The position numbers and the translations under genes are program-made. Below, one piece after another: positions 17,931 to 26,669 of a DNA stretch of 47,085 nucleotides. The notes beneath the pieces are model-generated. The model saw only the letters and a program-made list of their open reading frames with translations, was not told where the DNA came from and searched no databases. The first letter of the stretch is position 1; each line of letters starts with the position of its first letter. This DNA is from a virus (lineage: Duplodnaviria; Caudoviricetes), in the IMG/VR virus record IMGVR_UViG_3300043633_000046, positions 1 through 47,085 of that record; one strand, given 5' to 3'.

Positions 17931-18589
17931 AGTTCACGCTGGAGGCCACCCCGAGCGCACGGGTGGATCATGTCACGGTCGCCGCGCCGAAGATCGCGAT
18001 CTCGGCCAGACCGATGCGGATTCTCGACTTCGACATCGAGAACCGGCCGCTGTCGTATCTCGGGTCTGACTTTACGACCGGTGAGGTCACCGCGATTTCA
18101 TGGGCATGGGTACACGCGCCGCAGGACGTGACCGTCTACCTGCTCGGGGAAGCTGAGCTCCCGGACATCTTGCGAGCCTTCGTGGCGGTCTACGACCACG
18201 CCGACATGGTGACCGGGCACTACATCAGGGGCCATGACCTCCCGATGGTAAACGGGGCGCTGATGGAGTTCGAGATGCCACCGCTCGCGGACAAGTTGAC
18301 GCAGGACACCAAGATCGATCTGATGAAGGCGAAGGGGCTGAGCAAGTCTCAGGAATCACTGGCCGCGATGTTCAACCTCGATCACTCCAAGGTCCACATG
18401 AATCAGATCAAGTGGCGAGCCGCCAATCGGTTGACGGCGGACGGCTTGGCCCTGGTGCGCGAGCGGGTGACGGGCGACGTGCGGCAGCACATCGAAATGC
18501 GCCAACGGCTGTTGGAGTTGGGCTATCTCAGTCGGCCTCGCGTGTGGAAGTCACAGGCGGGTGAACCGTTGGATCCGTACGTCCCGTGA
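17927..18589 (+). CDS. RNase H-like DEDD 3'-5' exonuclease domain protein
   Basis: ILDFDIE, GHYIRGHDLP, DT, RVTGDV motifs. Confidence 0.7.
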   Translation: MKFTLEATPSARVDHVTVAAPKIAISARPMRILDFDIENRPLSYLGSDFTTGEVTAISWAWVHAPQDVTVYLLGEAELPDILRAFVAVYDHADMVTGHYIRGHDLPMVNGALMEFEMPPLADKLTQDTKIDLMKAKGLSKSQESLAAMFNLDHSKVHMNQIKWRAANRLTADGLALVRERVTGDVRQHIEMRQRLLELGYLSRPRVWKSQAGEPLDPYVP

Positions 18590-18966
18590 CGCATACGCCG
18601 TTCCTTCAGGTGGTTCCTCAGCGGCACAAAACGGACTGTTCTGTGGCCTGTCTCGCGATGCTGCTCGGGGTGAGCTACGAGAAGGCGTTACTGGCTCTAA
18701 AGGTGGAGCGCGTCCTGACGCACGGGGTGATGGTCCGCCACGTCCTGACGGCCGCGAAGCGCCTCGGTCAGCCGCTGACGTTTCGGCGGAAGTTTGATCT
18801 GGAGTCTGACACCGGCATCCTCGGGATCCGCGCACAGGCGTGGCCGCTCGAGCATCTCGTGGTATTGAAGGATGGATTGATTTTTGACACCGACGCCACC
18901 GTCTGGGAGGCGGACGTGTTTCTCTCGGCTTACTCGGCGAAAGCGATTTCGCTGTTGACGTTATGA
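18586..18966 (+). CDS. Peptidase C39-like protein
   Basis: Q....DC.VACLAMLLG, H.VV, D catalytic pattern. Confidence 0.7.
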   Translation: MTHTPFLQVVPQRHKTDCSVACLAMLLGVSYEKALLALKVERVLTHGVMVRHVLTAAKRLGQPLTFRRKFDLESDTGILGIRAQAWPLEHLVVLKDGLIFDTDATVWEADVFLSAYSAKAISLLTL

Positions 18967-18975
18967 GGACCCGCC

Positions 18976-19164
18976 GTGGCTACGCTCAGAATCCCCGCCC
19001 TCGAATCCGTGCTCTGCCCCAAATGCGGCAGCGCCAATACTGATAAGAAAACCTACGTCTGGCAGACGGTCGATGAACGCGGCCTCCATTGTCAGTGCGA
19101 TGTCTGCGCTCACGCGTTTCCGTTTGTGGTATCGGCGCTTAATCCGCCGCGTCCACATGGCTGA
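18976..19164 (+). CDS. Zinc-ribbon protein
   Basis: GAGG RBS; CPKCG...CDVC. Confidence 0.55.
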   Translation: MATLRIPALESVLCPKCGSANTDKKTYVWQTVDERGLHCQCDVCAHAFPFVVSALNPPRPHG

Positions 19165-19345
19165 CGCCGGGAAGTTCGTCACGCTCTGGTGCCGAGCGTG
19201 CGACGGCGGGTACTACAGCCGCGGCGAGGTGCCCACCCTGTGTCCACGTTGCGAGAAACAGGCGCACTGGACGACGACCCCGCCATTTAAACTGACCGTG
19301 GATGACAAGAACTTCCTGAAGGTCAACCGCATCAGATCGGATTAA
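19157..19345 (+). CDS. Zinc-ribbon protein
   Basis: CRAC...CPRC. Confidence 0.55.
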   Translation: MADAGKFVTLWCRACDGGYYSRGEVPTLCPRCEKQAHWTTTPPFKLTVDDKNFLKVNRIRSD

Positions 19346-19749
19346 GGACACTTCACGTTGTCCCACGACATCGTGGTCGTGTAGTACCAGCCTCCGGTCA
19401 GCGGACCAGTGACCAGGAGCGAGATGCCGTTATACGCAATCTGCTCGTTGGGCCGGACGACAGGATTGTAGGACCAGTTCGACACCCCGACCTGAGCTCT
19501 CGTGGCCGAGTCGTAGGTCGTGGTCACGCCGCGGACGCCTGACGCACAGCCGGTCCCGCTGTTCTGCGCCGCTCCGGAATAGCCAAAGCAGGAGAACAGG
19601 TTCCCGGTGGAAGCCGTGCAACCTGTCACATTCAGGTTCCCCATGGAGGCGAGATTCGCCGGCAGGATCGGGGCTGGTGTTGGCGCGGTTGGGGAATCGG
19701 AGCCACACGCAGAAACCGCGAGCGCGAGCACGATAACGAGGCGCTTCAT
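19342..19749 (-). CDS. Lipoprotein (moron / possible superinfection exclusion)
   Basis: MKRLVIVLALAVSA-C lipobox, SPTAPTP linker, AAGGA RBS; adjacent to attP. Confidence 0.75.
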   Translation of the reverse strand: MKRLVIVLALAVSACGSDSPTAPTPAPILPANLASMGNLNVTGCTASTGNLFSCFGYSGAAQNSGTGCASGVRGVTTTYDSATRAQVGVSNWSYNPVVRPNEQIAYNGISLLVTGPLTGGWYYTTTMSWDNVKCP

Positions 19750-19798
19750 AGACTCATCCTTTCAACGGGGGAACTGAATGGTAACAGACGAGAATGGC

Positions 19799-19820
19799 GG
19801 GCAACTATTCGGGCAACTCT
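19799..19820 (+). repeat. Integrase arm-type sites (GGGCAACT x2), left of core
   Basis: GGGCAACTATTCGGGCAACTCT, near-identical to 20030-20051. Confidence 0.6.
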
Positions 19821-19935
19821 TGGACGTAACTGAGGAATTTTGCGGAGCGACGTTGGACGATAGAGACAACTGAGCGAGTCGTCAAAGGCGTGTGATAGCG
19901 TGGCGTTTTCGTCAGTATTTCTAAGGGTTTTGGGT

Positions 19936-19982
19936 TGGAGCGGGCTACGGGGATCGAACCCGTGTCCGAGGCTTGGGAAGCC
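19936..19982 (-). other. attP core: 3' half of tRNA-Gly(CCC)
   Basis: Reverse complement GGCTTCCCAAGCCTCGGACACGGGTTCGATCCCCGTAGCCCGCTCCA has anticodon loop, T-arm and CCA; no 5' half; next to integrase. Confidence 0.85.
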
Positions 19983-19990
19983 GATGGCCC

Positions 19991-21097
19991 TCATCGGATC
20001 TTCCTTAGCGCATGTGGTTTAGCGACCGTGGGCAACTTCTCGGGCAACTCTGTGGACAGGGACTGTACCTGACGGCCTCGACTCACCGCGATCGCGGCGG
20101 CTCTATCGACGTCCGCATTCGCGCCCTGTGCGTACTGCGGTGTCGCGTGTGAGTTCGGCGCGTGGTTCAGCATGCGTCCGACGGTCGCGAGATCGCCGGT
20201 CTGCCGATACAGGTCCGCGCCGAGCGTATGGCGTCCTGAGTACAGATGGATCCGCGTGTGCTTTCCATCCACACGTTTCGCGGCGCGTTTAAATGAACGG
20301 CTGACGGCGGCTTGCACGAACGCGCCGTACGCATTGGCGGCATCATATGCGCGGAACGCCTCTAATCCTTCATCGGTCAGTGGAACAGTACGCGGATGCG
20401 TGCCTTTCCCTTTACTGCTGGCTGGCCACCGGAGGGTTGCCGCTGTCCAGTTGATGTCTGAGCGACGGATCTTCTGGAGATCCACCGGTCGCAGTCCCAC
20501 CTCTATGATCACGCGGGCGACGAGCTTCGCAATGCTCGGCTGCGTGATCCCCTTCCTGACATAGCGCCAGTCCGGCATCGCCTCCACAATCTGCTCGAGC
20601 ACAGCAAACGGCACGGAGTGATCCGCTGGAATCCATGCCTTCGGACAGGTCGTCGCGCGTACGGGATTCTCTGCGGCTGGTCCATCGAGCACCGTATAGA
20701 GCTGGAGGAGGGCGGAGCGTCGATGGTAGACGGTCGGCTCCGCATACTTCGTCAGCCACCGTTGGATCTCGGCTTCGATCTCGTCGCGCGTGATTAACCC
20801 GCGTGGTTTATCCGGCCCGAGGGCCGTCATCCAGAGTGCCAGGTGTCGCGCCGTTTGCTTCACGTAGGGCTGCGCGGCGATCTCAGGCTTCTTTAGGAAT
20901 GCCTCGACATCCGCCGCGAGTGAGCCGGTCCGGTTGCGGCGTCCGCCGAACTTGTTGATCTGCGTTTCTCGCCACGCTCGCATGTTGGCGATGGGTTCGT
21001 CGGCGGCGTACTGCTTCGTGTGCAACACGCCAGCGACACGGACATAGGCTTGCCACCCGGCGCCCTTGCGCCTGATACCGACTACACGGCGTGGCAT
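19991..21097 (-). CDS. int: Tyrosine integrase
   Basis: GLRP (R), SKGK (K), HLYSGRH, LNH, TPQY catalytic residues; N-terminal arm-binding-like domain. Confidence 0.9.
   Translation of the reverse strand: MPRRVVGIRRKGAGWQAYVRVAGVLHTKQYAADEPIANMRAWRETQINKFGGRRNRTGSLAADVEAFLKKPEIAAQPYVKQTARHLALWMTALGPDKPRGLITRDEIEAEIQRWLTKYAEPTVYHRRSALLQLYTVLDGPAAENPVRATTCPKAWIPADHSVPFAVLEQIVEAMPDWRYVRKGITQPSIAKLVARVIIEVGLRPVDLQKIRRSDINWTAATLRWPASSKGKGTHPRTVPLTDEGLEAFRAYDAANAYGAFVQAAVSRSFKRAAKRVDGKHTRIHLYSGRHTLGADLYRQTGDLATVGRMLNHAPNSHATPQYAQGANADVDRAAAIAVSRGRQVQSLSTELPEKLPTVAKPHALRKIR
20030..20051 (+). repeat. Integrase arm-type sites (GGGCAACT x2), right of core, inside the int 3' end
   Basis: GGGCAACTTCTCGGGCAACTCT. 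Confidence 0.6.
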
Positions 21098-21100
21098 GGC

Positions 21101-21361
21101 TTAGGACTGAATGGCGATCGGTAGTGCCTCCGCGAGGAGCCGCCGCGCCTCGTCCAGCAGGCGGATCCGCTCCTGCTCTTCCTTAAGGACGCGGACGCGC
21201 TGTTCGTGGGCATACCCAGCGAGAACTTCGATGATGGTGGTGCGCTCAAAGGACCCGATGATCTGGATGTCGTTGACTAACTCATTGACAAGGGCGCGGA
21301 GGTCATGCGTGGGTCGAGTAGATGGACGGGGTCTGGACGCGAATGGCAACAGATCGTGCAT
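21101..21361 (-). CDS. Hypothetical protein between repressor and integrase
   Basis: AAGGAAGG RBS, co-oriented with int. Confidence 0.55.
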   Translation of the reverse strand: MHDLLPFASRPRPSTRPTHDLRALVNELVNDIQIIGSFERTTIIEVLAGYAHEQRVRVLKEEQERIRLLDEARRLLAEALPIAIQS

Positions 21362-21475
21362 CTCGCCTTCCTTTGGGAACCATGAGTGGGGAGGCGCAAA
21401 GTGTAACCGAATTGTAGCCCTTCTGTTTGATACATGACAATTCTAGACAATTTATTACCTGCTAACGGCTAGCAC

Positions 21476-21886
21476 TTATTGTTTCTTTCTGCGTTGTTTC
21501 TTTTTGGGGACATCGCGGGCCTTGGCTTCGCGCTCGGCGCGTTCTGTTTCTTCAGTGAACTTCCCAAGTTCCTTGACTTTTTGCTGGACCGTGGGGAGCG
21601 GCTGCTGTTGTTCGATGGCCCCGCTCTCTCGCACCAGTCGCCTCAGAAGTTCCTGAACCGTCATATCCGGGATCGTGCCTGGATTGGGCATGAGGACGGC
21701 TTCAATGGGGACGTGGAGCGCGTCCGCGATGTCTTGGAGCTTGTTCGTGGTGGTGTGTCCGCCCTTTTCGATCTTGCCGTAAGTCGTCGGCGTCATCTTC
21801 GCCCGCTTCGCGAGTGCTTTTTTCGAGAGCGGTAGCGGCTGTGAGAGTCGCAAACGTTCGAGAGCTTTGCCCCACGGTCCCGGCAT
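21476..21886 (-). CDS. XRE-family HTH repressor (cI-like), probably leaderless
   Basis: LSKKALAKRAKMTPTTYGKIEKG..TTNKLQDIADALHVP; TATACT 7 nt upstream of ATG 21886. Confidence 0.8.
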   Translation of the reverse strand: MPGPWGKALERLRLSQPLPLSKKALAKRAKMTPTTYGKIEKGGHTTTNKLQDIADALHVPIEAVLMPNPGTIPDMTVQELLRRLVRESGAIEQQQPLPTVQQKVKELGKFTEETERAEREAKARDVPKKKQRRKKQ

Positions 21887-22001
21887 ATCGCCGAGTATAG
21901 GCTCGCGCTCTATCTTGTTGGCTCTCATGTAGTTGCTATCGGATCCCGCCGCGCAGTATCGCAAAAACCCACTCCGCCTGTAAATATTTTAACGATTCCG
22001 C

Positions 22002-22030
22002 TTGACACGGTAGCAACGTTTTGCCACACT
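22002..22030 (+). promoter_or_regulatory. PR-like sigma70 promoter with candidate operator
   Basis: TTGACA-17 bp-(TG)cCACACT; imperfect palindrome TAGCAA-cgtt-TTGCCA overlapping the spacer; TTGCTA half-sites also at ~21933 and ~22061. Confidence 0.6.
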
Positions 22031-22044
22031 CTCGTTTATTCGAG

Positions 22045-22269
22045 ATGACATCACATCAAATTGCTACGGCGAACAAGGCGCTGCGACACGCGATTGTGGA
22101 CAGCGAGAAGCGGCAGGGCGCGATTGCGCGTTCAGCTCGTATCCACCAAACGCGGCTCAGCCGGATTATTACGGGACACCTGACGGCCAATGAGAAAGAG
22201 CGGAAGGCGCTGGCCCGCGTCCTCCGTCGCTCTCAAGAGGAACTCTTTCCGACTGCGGTATCGGCATGA
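22045..22269 (+). CDS. Cro-like HTH protein
   Basis: QGAIARSARIHQTRLSRIITG..LARVL...EELF; divergent from repressor. Confidence 0.75.
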   Translation: MTSHQIATANKALRHAIVDSEKRQGAIARSARIHQTRLSRIITGHLTANEKERKALARVLRRSQEELFPTAVSA

Positions 22270-22589
22270 GCCGTCAACAGGCGCTCCAGTCGTCGGCGTC
22301 TCCAGCGGAGCAGGCGAATCGCCGCGCTCACCGCTGCTACACCGTCGCGGATCTTCTCGTACTGCTCGTTCTGCCACGTAGCACGTTCTTCCATCTGCGC
22401 TATGCGGGGAAGCTGCCGTTCCTGGAAGAACTTCATCCGCGTCTCGGTCGGACGGTCCGCTATCGAGCGGATCTGGTCGATCGCTACCTCGCTGGGCAGT
22501 GGCAACAGCCTCGCGCCTTTCGTGCCTGTCATAAACCGCAGTCTGTATCTGGAAAAGCACTAGCACAAAGTCCTTTCTTGGGACAGTGA
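22266..22589 (+). CDS. Excisionase/AlpA-like HTH protein
   Basis: YTVADL..LL..RSTFF..GKLP..RLGRTVRY...VDRYL. Confidence 0.65.
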   Translation: MSRQQALQSSASPAEQANRRAHRCYTVADLLVLLVLPRSTFFHLRYAGKLPFLEELHPRLGRTVRYRADLVDRYLAGQWQQPRAFRACHKPQSVSGKALAQSPFLGQ

Positions 22590-22599
22590 GGAACTTTTA

Positions 22600-22962
22600 A
22601 TGACGGTGATTCACGGCTCCTATACCGGTATTGAACTCGCGGTGCTGACTCTCTGGATCGTCGCGATGAAGTGCGCCGCGATGGATCTCTCCGAGATGGA
22701 TCGCGCCCTTGGAGAAGCGGTGGAGAAGGCGTTGATTGCGTGCGGGATGACCGCGAAGGAAGCCGCACACATTCAGGGGATGGATGCCTCGCAGTTTGGC
22801 AAGGCACTCCGTGGAGAAAGTCAGCGGCACTTCTCGTTGAATCGGCTGGCACGCCTCGGGCCGCTGTTCATGGTCCATCTGACGGCGAATCTGATGTGGC
22901 TCACCGCGAAACAGCGGGCCACGGAGATTCTCGAAACCGTGTCAGTCAGGAAAGGCGCGTAG
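22600..22962 (+). CDS. CII-like HTH protein
   Basis: GAGG RBS; MTAKEAA..QGMDASQFGKAL.GE. Confidence 0.5.
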   Translation: MTVIHGSYTGIELAVLTLWIVAMKCAAMDLSEMDRALGEAVEKALIACGMTAKEAAHIQGMDASQFGKALRGESQRHFSLNRLARLGPLFMVHLTANLMWLTAKQRATEILETVSVRKGA

Positions 22963-23099
22963 TGCGTGCGCTGGAGTCCGTCGTCGCGGCGGTGGTGATT
23001 GTGGCGGCGTTGGCGGTGTCCTGGGTGCTCACGTTCTTCTCGATTCGGCACTTCAAGCGGAAGGAGCAGCAGTGGTTAGACGATTCGCGGTGGCGATAG
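22963..23099 (+). CDS. Small TM protein (start approximate)
   Basis: Hydrophobic VVAAVVIVAALAVSWVLTFF followed by basic tail. Confidence 0.4.
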
Positions 23100-23309
23100 C
23101 GACGGCGGCGATGGTGGCGGCGTTGCTGGGACTCGGGCAGCAGGTCTATGCGGTGTGGATCGAGTGCGGGTTGTTCTCGTGGCCGTTCTGCGGGTTCTGA
23201 GGGAGGGAAACTCGGGCCTGACGTTGGAGGCGTCAGGCCCACATCACGACCGAGCGCGAAGGACGCTCAGCACATGACTGCAACGATTTTAGTTCAGACG
23301 GGCGGTCCG

Positions 23310-23504
23310 ATGACAGGACTTCTGTTCGTGGCGGGGATTTGGATCTGCCTCTCGAGCGTTGCCGCGTTGCCGCGTTGTTGTTGGGCTCGTGTGATCGGAC
23401 GCCAGCGGCAGCGAGAAGCGGACGAAGACGCTGCGCGGAACTCTGAGCTGTATCGACGCCGGCAGTTGGCGGCAGGACTCGGCAAACGGCAGGTGCGCTC
23501 ATGA
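23310..23504 (+). CDS. Small membrane-anchored hypothetical protein
   Basis: N-terminal hydrophobic stretch; ATGA coupling downstream. Confidence 0.35.
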   Translation: MTGLLFVAGIWICLSSVAALPRCCWARVIGRQRQREADEDAARNSELYRRRQLAAGLGKRQVRS

Positions 23505-23707
23505 GCGGCTGTATCACCTGCGAGTGCCAGGTAAGCGGGGACGACTCGTTCTGCTCTGATGAGTGCCGCGAGACGTACTACCGCGAAGCCTCGGCCGAGC
23601 AGCAGCACGACGAAGACGCGGAGGAAGACCCTGACGAACAGTGGGACCGCTGGGTTGATGAGGATTGCAATGATGCGTGGGCCGGTGGATTCGCGGAGAA
23701 CCACTGA
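23501..23707 (+). CDS. Acidic zinc-finger protein
   Basis: C..C.C....FCSDEC followed by acidic tail. Confidence 0.55.
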   Translation: MSGCITCECQVSGDDSFCSDECRETYYREASAEQQHDEDAEEDPDEQWDRWVDEDCNDAWAGGFAENH

Positions 23708-23862
23708 TGGACGACAACCCGTTCGGCCCCATTGACCCGAGTGAAGCCGTCACCATTCCAGATTTTGATCCATGCGCGGGCTACAAGCCTCGCGGCCGGT
23801 ACGTCTTTCAGGCGAGCCGGAATCAGTGGATACGCAACTTACCAAAGACACAGGAGCAGCAC

Positions 23863-24345
23863 ATGCCGAATATCAATGATGCGTTTCCGAGCAACTACCT
23901 GAAAGCCTCCGACCTGCAAGGGCGTGAAGCCATCGTGACGATTGACCGTGTGGCCTTTGAACCCGTGGGCCGCGAGAAGGAGATGAAAGCCGTCTGCTAC
24001 TTCGCCGGCAAACAGAAGGGCATCGTCCTCAACAAGACGAATGCCAAGAAGATCATCGAGATTTCCGGCTCGGCGATTACGGAGGAATGGAGCGGCACGC
24101 AGATCAAGATTTACCCAACTGAAACCGAGTTCGGCGGCGAAACCGTCGATTGCATCCGCGTGAAGCCAGTCGGGAAATCCGCCATGTCGCGGATGACACC
24201 ACCGCCTCCGCCACCACCAATCCAGATGCCGCCGCCGAGCGATCTGGAAGGGCCGCTGACGGACGACGACATTCCGTTCGCATGGCTGATGCCGTTGGTG
24301 TTGCCGATGACCGGCCTGATCGGGCTGGGGATGCTGTTCGCGTGA
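23863..24345 (+). CDS. Phage SSB-like OB-fold protein with hydrophobic extension after DDDIPF (upstream in-frame ATG at 23707)
   Basis: AGGAG RBS; FPSNYLKASDL..VTI..LNKTN..W.G..I.IYP..RV family pattern; acidic DDDIPF tip. Confidence 0.6.
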   Translation: MPNINDAFPSNYLKASDLQGREAIVTIDRVAFEPVGREKEMKAVCYFAGKQKGIVLNKTNAKKIIEISGSAITEEWSGTQIKIYPTETEFGGETVDCIRVKPVGKSAMSRMTPPPPPPPIQMPPPSDLEGPLTDDDIPFAWLMPLVLPMTGLIGLGMLFA

Positions 24346-24773
24346 AGACGTGCTTTAAGTGTGGCATCGAGAAGCCGCGAGAGGAGTTCTATCGCCATCC
24401 CCAGATGGGCGATGGACTCCTCGGAAAGTGCAAGGAATGCACAAAGCTTGACATGCGAATCGACCGCGTGACGAAACCACGCGTCCGCGAGTATGACCGT
24501 GACAGAGCGAAGCTGCCGCACCGCATCGCCCTTAGTAAGCGTGTCGGTCGGGAGTGGGACGCCAAGTTTCCGGAAAGAGTGAAGGCGCATAACGCCGCTC
24601 AACGTTCTTCGCTGCCTTCCCAAAAGCCGATCTGCTGCGAGGGTTGTGGACTGCCAAAGGATCGGCTGGAAAAACACCATCACGACTATTCGAGGCCGCT
24701 CCTGATCGTCTGGCTCTGTAAGCCGTGCCACGCCATCGCCGACAAGATTCGGCGTCGATTGGAGGCGAGTTAG
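24342..24773 (+). CDS. HNH-like zinc-binding endonuclease
   Basis: KTCFKCGIEKP..EFY..DG..CKEC; CEGCG..HHHDYSRPL...WLCKPCH. Confidence 0.7.
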   Translation: MKTCFKCGIEKPREEFYRHPQMGDGLLGKCKECTKLDMRIDRVTKPRVREYDRDRAKLPHRIALSKRVGREWDAKFPERVKAHNAAQRSSLPSQKPICCEGCGLPKDRLEKHHHDYSRPLLIVWLCKPCHAIADKIRRRLEAS

Positions 24774-24775
24774 TC

Positions 24776-25051
24776 ATGCCCATTGATCTGGTGCGCGTCG
24801 AACGACTGGATACCTGGGAAGGTGTCGCGGGCAGTCCCACTGTGTGGATTGTCCGCGGCACCACGATAGAAGACCGTCCGTTCTTCAGGAAGATGCGGAC
24901 GGCCAACCCGCTGTATGCCTCGCTCTGTGATCGCGCTTTAAAGACTGACCGCTTGGTCTGGGTGGGTTGGCGTGACGGCCGACATGGAAACCTCGAGATG
25001 ACAACGGTGAGGTTGGACGACACGAAGTTTGAGCATGAGGCCACAGCATGA
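24776..25051 (+). CDS. Hypothetical protein
   Basis: GGAGG RBS; coupled ORF. Confidence 0.5.
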   Translation: MPIDLVRVERLDTWEGVAGSPTVWIVRGTTIEDRPFFRKMRTANPLYASLCDRALKTDRLVWVGWRDGRHGNLEMTTVRLDDTKFEHEATA

Positions 25052-25275
25052 CCTACGAACGCGGCTGGCTCGGCTCCCCAGTGATGACCCGGCTCCTCGA
25101 GCGGCTCGCACCTGTCGAAGCGGCCATCGCCGCGGATGCGTCGGAGCTCGAGCACCAGATCGACCAGCCCGACTTCCGAGAAGAGTGGGAAGCCCGACAG
25201 ATCCGAGAACGCAACGAGGATGCCTACATCAGAGGCGTGACGGCATGGTTTCGCAAGACTGAGGTGAACTCATGA
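25048..25275 (+). CDS. Hypothetical protein
   Basis: ATGA coupling on both sides. Confidence 0.5.
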   Translation: MTYERGWLGSPVMTRLLERLAPVEAAIAADASELEHQIDQPDFREEWEARQIRERNEDAYIRGVTAWFRKTEVNS

Positions 25276-25463
25276 TGCCCTCGGATTTAGGCGACACGGA
25301 ACGCAGTTTACCCCGCCGAGACTGGAACGCCGATCCGAAGTGCGCGTCACCGTTCTGTGATCAGCGCATTCGGGTGCGTGGGGAGTTCTGCAAAATCTGT
25401 GAGGCTCAGCAGCAGCGGCACCGAGAGGCGATGCGCCAGTATCGGCAGAGGCAGGCCCAGTAA
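25272..25463 (+). CDS. Small Cys-containing protein
   Basis: GAGGTG RBS; C...C...FCKIC. Confidence 0.5.
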   Translation: MMPSDLGDTERSLPRRDWNADPKCASPFCDQRIRVRGEFCKICEAQQQRHREAMRQYRQRQAQ

Positions 25464-25810
25464 TGGGCTATTACCAGGAATGCGGCATTCCGAAGCCTGA
25501 GCCGCGCTGCATCACCAGTAAGCGCCGTGCGAAGCTAGACGCGAAGGCTGAGCGTGAAGCGCGGGCCGCGGTGAAGGCGAGAGATAAAGGCCGCTGCCGC
25601 ATTCCCAACTGCCATGAACGCGCACTGCACATGCATCACATCGTCTATCGCTCGCAGTCTAAGAAACTCCGGTGGGTGACATCAAATCTAGTCAGCCTCT
25701 GTATCGATCATCACCGGTTAGAACATGCCGGCGAGATTCAGATCAGCGGGAATGCGGATGAGGAAATCACCGTGCGCGGCAACATCGATGCGCTCAGGTT
25801 CCGGCTATGA
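25463..25810 (+). CDS. HNH endonuclease
   Basis: RDKGRCRIPNC, HMHHIVYRSQ, NLVSLCIDHH..EH. Confidence 0.8.
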   Translation: MGYYQECGIPKPEPRCITSKRRAKLDAKAEREARAAVKARDKGRCRIPNCHERALHMHHIVYRSQSKKLRWVTSNLVSLCIDHHRLEHAGEIQISGNADEEITVRGNIDALRFRL

Positions 25811-26061
25811 ACTTTAAGAACAAATCCAGCGGAGATGTCGTCACCGCATGGCCGTGGGACGGTCATGATGAAATCTCGCTCCAGCAGATGCTACTGAATC
25901 TGCCCTACACCGTCGAGGACGGCAGTGTGGTGATTCAGCAGGAGGACAACCGGCCGATCCTGATCACCCCTGGTACCTACATCGTCAACGGGCCAGCGGC
26001 GGGGCAGTTCCGCACGATGGAGCCGAGCGTGTTCGAGTCCACGTACGAGGTGAGCGCGTGA
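25807..26061 (+). CDS. Conserved phage hypothetical protein
   Basis: V.A..WDG, PG.YIV..G.F....VFE.TYE pattern. Confidence 0.55.
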   Translation: MNFKNKSSGDVVTAWPWDGHDEISLQQMLLNLPYTVEDGSVVIQQEDNRPILITPGTYIVNGPAAGQFRTMEPSVFESTYEVSA

Positions 26062-26186
26062 TGCGCTGGTTCGCTCGTCGCCTCTGTGCCCTCAAGGGCC
26101 ACGACTGGATGCTCCGCTTTGGCGTGAAGCATTTGTATCTCCAGTGCCAGAACTGCCGGCAGGACTCACCAGGAGTGCGGCTGTGA
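26061..26186 (+). CDS. Small zinc-binding protein (DUF1660-like)
   Basis: Manual translation MRWFARRLCALKGHDW...CQNC; TGATG/GTGA coupling. Confidence 0.45.
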   Translation: MRWFARRLCALKGHDWMLRFGVKHLYLQCQNCRQDSPGVRL

Positions 26187-26371
26187 AGACGTGGGCGCTT
26201 CGTCACTGGCACGGCTGGATGGCCTCCTACTGGCAGTACCGCGCCGACAGAGCCTTACTCACGCGAGACTTTGATGAAGTCGGCTGGGCTGGGTATCGGA
26301 AGGCGTATCACACCGCACAACTCATCAAATTGTTACGTCTGGGAAAGGACGTCGAGGATGACGCAGCCTGA
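26183..26371 (+). CDS. Hypothetical protein
   Basis: AGGAG RBS with GTG start. Confidence 0.45.
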   Translation: MKTWALRHWHGWMASYWQYRADRALLTRDFDEVGWAGYRKAYHTAQLIKLLRLGKDVEDDAA

Positions 26372-26669
26372 CTTGTTCACGGCTCCCGTGCAGCAGGGAG
26401 GATCGCTCCTCTCACGACACTGCAGCAGCCAGGGGGCGTTAGCGGCTCAGGAAGTGCTGGCCCGTCAACTGATGACTGTCCTGACGGCGTACGGGCAGAA
26501 CGGGGCACTGACAGACATCGACGTGGAGTTTCTGACAGGCATCAACCGGACGAGCGTCATTCCACGTCGGCGTGAGTTGATGAAGCGCAGCCTGGTGGTG
26601 GAAGTGGGCACGAAGAAGAACGAGCAGTCTGGACGGAGTAATACGACATACGACTTAGCGGGCAGGTAG
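26358..26669 (+). CDS. Winged-helix DNA-binding protein
   Basis: QPDLF start; LTD..V...GINRTSV.PRR.EL...LV...G...SGR pattern. Confidence 0.6.
   Translation: MTQPDLFTAPVQQGGSLLSRHCSSQGALAAQEVLARQLMTVLTAYGQNGALTDIDVEFLTGINRTSVIPRRRELMKRSLVVEVGTKKNEQSGRSNTTYDLAGR

Noticed and set aside
19936-19982. Functional tRNA gene
   Set aside because: Only the 3' half is present; there is no D-arm or 5' acceptor strand.
23214-23267. Hairpins GGGCCTGACG/CGTCAGGCCC and GAGCG/CGCTC as terminator or CRISPR
   Set aside because: No U-tract and no repeat-spacer periodicity; function cannot be supported.
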